Origin: Clostridiales bacterium
GTDB lineage: Bacteria > Bacillota > Dehalobacteriia > UBA4068
Length of the DNA stretch: 49,213 nucleotides
NCBI GenBank assembly: GCA_009783415.1
Contig: WRHF01000001.1
Coordinates: 1-49,213 of the forward strand
Direction: 5' to 3'
The notes beneath the pieces are model-generated. The model was not told the origin of the DNA and ran no database searches. It worked only from the letters and a program-made list of their open reading frames with translations. Each line of letters starts with the position of its first letter. The stretch's first letter is position 1. Positions 46,392-49,213 of this stretch are shown piece after piece. The position numbers and the translations under genes are program-made.

Positions 46392-46420
46392 ATTATACGC
46401 AGCAAATCGAAATATGTCAA
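46392..46420 (-). promoter_or_regulatory. sigma-A type promoter of the repeat-array/toxin locus
   Basis: TTGACA (46420-46415), 17 nt, TATAAT (46397-46392): a perfect consensus. Confidence 0.7.
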
Positions 46421-46585
46421 GAATTCGAAGGAAAATTCCAGGACAATCGCAATGAAAATATTAGTCAATTGCAAGTAATAATATACTATAAATAGCATAG
46501 CCTGTCAAGTATTTTATCAGGGATAGCTGTGAAAACTATTCCCCCAAAAACCTGCAACCGCTGTGTGCTTTTAACTAAAATAATG

Positions 46586-46641
46586 GTTTCGCAAAGCGAA
46601 ACTTCATTACCTGTAACCTGTAACCTATTACTTATTACCTG
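46586..46641. repeat. heptamer-arm element, half copy (core + 3' arm)
   Basis: Core hairpin GTTTCGC-aaa-GCGAAAC at 46586-46602. Arm TTACCTG TAACCTG TAACCTA TTACTTA TTACCTG at 46607-46641, abutting the comM stop. It uses the same 7-mer type as 514-562. Confidence 0.8.
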
Positions 46642-46645
46642 CCTT

Positions 46646-48187
46646 CTACACCATTTCATTCCGATCCAAACTCCGATACTGAATAGCCTCAGCCAAATGA
46701 GTCAAGCTGATAATCTCCGCTCCGTCCAGGTCGGCTATGGTGCGGGATAACTTTAAAATGCGGTCGTGGGCGCGGGCGCTCATTTGGAGGCGTTGATAGG
46801 CTCCTTCCAGTAGTTTTTGGGCCTGCGGTTCCAGGATGCAGCAGTTTTCCAGTTCGCGGCGGCTCATCAGGGCATTGCACCAGGTGGGGCCATCGCTAAA
46901 GCGCTTTTGCTGGATCCGGCGGGCAGCCACCACCCTTTCGCGGATCCGGGCGGAGCTTTCGCCTTTGGGGGAAAGGCTTAGATCCTCATAGGCCAGGCGG
47001 GGTACTTCGATATGAATATCGATCCGGTCCCACAAGGGGCCGGAGATTTTGTGCAAATAGCGTTTTACCATCTGGGGCGAGCAGGTACAACGGCGGCTTT
47101 TATCCCCGTAATAACCGCAGGGACAGGGATTGAGGGCTGCCGTCAGTTGGAATTGGGCGGGATAAGTCAAGCGGGCATAGACCCTGGAGATAGTCACCAG
47201 ACGATCTTCCAGGGGCTGACGCAGGCTCTCCAAGACTTCCTTGGAAAATTCTGGAAATTCATCGAGGAAAAGAACTCCCTGGCTGGCTAGACTTACCTCT
47301 CCCGGCCGGGGGTTGGAACCGCCCCCGATAATACTGGCGGCGGAAGCCCCGTGATGAGGCGCCCTAAAAGGCCTTCTGGTCATCAAGGGCTGTTTTTTGG
47401 GCAAAAGCCCGCTGACACTGTAGACCTTGGTCAGCTCCAGGCTTTCCTCCAGGGTCAAAGGAGGCAAAATGGAAGGCAAGCGCCGGGCCAGCATGGTTTT
47501 GCCGCTGCCGGGAGGTCCCAGCATCAGAATATTATGTCCGCCGGCGGCGGCAATTTCCAGAGCCCTTTTAACCCCTTCCTGGCCCCGGACATCGGAAAAA
47601 TCTATCTTGTCCTCATCATGAGGGGCTGAAAAGAGGGCATCTATATCCACAACTACCGGAGACGGAGCCGTTCCCCGGCGCAAAATATCCGCCAGCTGAT
47701 TAAGGTTTGCGATCCCGTGACAAGCCAAACCTCTGGCAATAGCCGCTTCCCCGCTATTATCCTCCGGCAGGAAAAAATCCACCAAACCGTCCACACGGCC
47801 CAGGCATTGAGCCATAGCCAGGCTGCCCGGCACCGTCCGCAAGAGACCTTCCAAGGAGAGCTCCCCCACCATGACAGCACCGCTCAAAAGATCATTGAAG
47901 GGCACCTGACCGGTGGCAGCCAAAATCCCCATGGCAATGGGCAGATCGAAAAGAGGGCCCTCCTTGCGGATATCCGCCGGAGCCAGATTGACGGTTATCC
48001 GGGAAAGCGGAAATTCAAAACCCGAATTACGCAAAGCAGCCCGGACCCGCTCCTTACTTTCCTTGACAGAGGCGTCGGGCAAACCCACAATATCAAAAGC
48101 AGGCAACCCGCCGCTAACATCCACTTCTACTTTAACCAGATAGGCATCGATTCCCATTAAAGCACAGCTGTTAATTATAGCTAGCAT
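46646..48187 (-). CDS. comM: YifB/ComM family Mg-chelatase-like AAA+ ATPase
   Basis: 513-aa ORF containing MLAIINSCALMGIDAYLVKVEVD, Walker A GPPGSGKT and a Cys cluster CPCGYYGD...CTC. Confidence 0.93.
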   Translation of the reverse strand: MLAIINSCALMGIDAYLVKVEVDVSGGLPAFDIVGLPDASVKESKERVRAALRNSGFEFPLSRITVNLAPADIRKEGPLFDLPIAMGILAATGQVPFNDLLSGAVMVGELSLEGLLRTVPGSLAMAQCLGRVDGLVDFFLPEDNSGEAAIARGLACHGIANLNQLADILRRGTAPSPVVVDIDALFSAPHDEDKIDFSDVRGQEGVKRALEIAAAGGHNILMLGPPGSGKTMLARRLPSILPPLTLEESLELTKVYSVSGLLPKKQPLMTRRPFRAPHHGASAASIIGGGSNPRPGEVSLASQGVLFLDEFPEFSKEVLESLRQPLEDRLVTISRVYARLTYPAQFQLTAALNPCPCGYYGDKSRRCTCSPQMVKRYLHKISGPLWDRIDIHIEVPRLAYEDLSLSPKGESSARIRERVVAARRIQQKRFSDGPTWCNALMSRRELENCCILEPQAQKLLEGAYQRLQMSARAHDRILKLSRTIADLDGAEIISLTHLAEAIQYRSLDRNEMV

Positions 48188-48738
48188 TTTTCTCCTCTCT
48201 GTTTTACTTGGAACACTTTACCAAGCTCCGCTCCCAAGCCAAAATAAGTCGCCCCCATGCCCAAGACGGGCTGGATTTTTTGCAGATCTATCCGGCCTTC
48301 GCTGAAACAATCCTCATTGAGATAGGCAGATCTGATTTCTCCGAAAAATACGGTGAAGCCCCTGATGGCATGGCTGTCTATTACCCGGCAGAGATAATTG
48401 AGGGGAGCTTCGCCAATTAGCGGCGCCGGGCCTTTTTCATCATAAAAAGGAGTAAAAATTAGGGATTTATCCTCGGCTTGCCCGGAAACTTTGCCGCAAT
48501 AGTCGGTTTGAGGCAAAAGATCCGGGCCGGGAATATTGACGCTGAACCAGCCGTTTTCCCTGATATTGGCAGTTGATTGGTGACTGTCTTTCAGGGATGC
48601 ATAAAAAATCGGCTCCAGGCAAACCACCCCAAAAGCACCGGCTGTGGTATAATTGGCTTTATCTCCTCCCTGGGTCCCGATAATAACGATTGGGTTGGGG
48701 TTGAGCATAGGATAGGCTGGAATTGGAATTTTTTGCAT
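48181..48738 (-). CDS. flavin reductase-like (FMN-binding split-barrel) protein
   Basis: ORF 48181-48807. ATG 48738 is preferred (AAAGGAGA upstream); ATG 48741 is an alternative. It overlaps the comM start by 7 nt. Confidence 0.7.
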   Translation of the reverse strand: MQKIPIPAYPMLNPNPIVIIGTQGGDKANYTTAGAFGVVCLEPIFYASLKDSHQSTANIRENGWFSVNIPGPDLLPQTDYCGKVSGQAEDKSLIFTPFYDEKGPAPLIGEAPLNYLCRVIDSHAIRGFTVFFGEIRSAYLNEDCFSEGRIDLQKIQPVLGMGATYFGLGAELGKVFQVKQRGEKC

Positions 48739-48787
48739 CATTAATCTCCTTTTTAACTGAATTTTCATCAACCAACCAGCTTTAAAT

Positions 48788-48803
48788 TGGTCGAATTCGA
48801 CCA
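48788..48803. promoter_or_regulatory. perfect 16-bp palindrome, candidate operator
   Basis: TGGTCGAATTCGACCA lies immediately downstream of the -10 element, covering roughly +1 to +16. Confidence 0.5.
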
Positions 48804-48809
48804 CCAATA

Positions 48810-48838
48810 ATTATATTACAAAAAACATGCAATTGCAA
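48810..48838 (-). promoter_or_regulatory. candidate promoter of the flavin reductase-comM operon
   Basis: TTGCAA (48838-48833), 17 nt, TATAAT (48815-48810). Confidence 0.55.
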
Positions 48839-49024
48839 TGCTTGTTGCATATTCTTATGCATTTCTCACGGACTAACCTCCTGACTCGGATTATCCAAAG
48901 CCTTGAATATTAAATTCTCATTAGGCTAGGAGTACTGAGATGTAGGAATTTGCCATTTTTTGTAAAATTTCAGGAGAAGTGCCTACTGCCAAAGCAATCT
49001 ATTTACTAAATTTATCAGAACCAA

Positions 49025-49052
49025 TTGACAGATTAGATATTTTCCATATAAT
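49025..49052 (+). promoter_or_regulatory. candidate promoter reading toward the window end
   Basis: TTGACA (49025-49030), 16 nt, TATAAT (49047-49052). Confidence 0.55.
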
Positions 49053-49213
49053 AATGAAGGGAGAGGAAAACCCCATGGGGAAATTTTTCCTGCAATGGCG
49101 CTTTAAATAAAGGAAGAACTTAGCGGATAGAGAATAAACTTTTAGAGTGTTTAAGAATTTTTAGGCCCAAAGCCGCGTAATTATAACCAGAGACGGATCA
49201 TAACGAGAGGTTT

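Noticed and set aside
48850-49020. Small ORFs in the divergent region, including a 26-codon minus-strand ORF (MHKNMQQALQLHVFCNIIIGGRIRPI) after a GGAGG at 48877-48881.
   Set aside because: It overlaps the predicted promoter and operator of the flavin reductase operon and has no recognisable family. It is probably fortuitous.
1-49213. A scan for tRNA, rRNA, tmRNA, RNase P or T-box-like leaders in the longer spacers (30373-30672, 17145-17422, 22611-22771, 48808-49213).
   Set aside because: No cloverleaf-compatible sequence, rRNA-like segment or conserved leader motif that I can recognise by eye. The heptamer-arm elements account for the long spacers.

Overview
This is a Firmicute/Clostridia-like chromosome segment; GGAGG Shine-Dalgarno (SD) sites and frequent TTG/GTG starts support that. 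Bases 1-30,300 on the minus strand hold the conserved transcription/translation super-operon rpoB-rpoC-L7Ae-rpsL-rpsG-fusA-tuf-S10-spc-alpha-rplQ, followed by ecfA1 and a truncated ecfA2. All 40 genes there are recognisable. Several ORF-track starts were moved to in-frame starts with better SD spacing. Bases 30,300-49,213 are mixed and partly accessory. They contain orphan membrane subunits of a Na+-translocating decarboxylase (oadB plus small OadG-like ORFs), a K+-dependent-type membrane pyrophosphatase, a GC-rich MBOAT/DHHW acyltransferase pair, ymdB, an M19 dipeptidase, a four-helix-bundle (23S rRNA intervening-sequence protein family) gene, a PHP phosphoesterase, a coiled-coil ORF, a SIR2-like/DUF6273-like fusion protein, comEB, wecB, a ToxN/AbiQ-like toxin preceded by a tandem-repeat RNA locus, comM/yifB and a flavin-reductase-like gene. 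The strongest unexplained signal is non-coding. About 28 loci share a hairpin architecture: a 5' arm of tandem 7-nt units, a small conserved core hairpin, and a reverse-complement 3' arm. These fill nearly every spacer of the ribosomal super-operon and also occur in the accessory half. One copy carries the four-helix-bundle gene in its loop, and another pair of arms brackets the oadB-oadG cassette. I do not recognise this family as any named repeat class. Other leads are a probable type III toxin-antitoxin (TA) system, a single-gene SIR2-effector candidate defence protein, and a 181-bp MITE with a target-site duplication. There are also several promoter, operator and terminator candidates. I saw no rRNA, tRNA or CRISPR array. 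All repeat coordinates were counted by hand and may be off by 1-3 nt. No database search or folding calculation was run.
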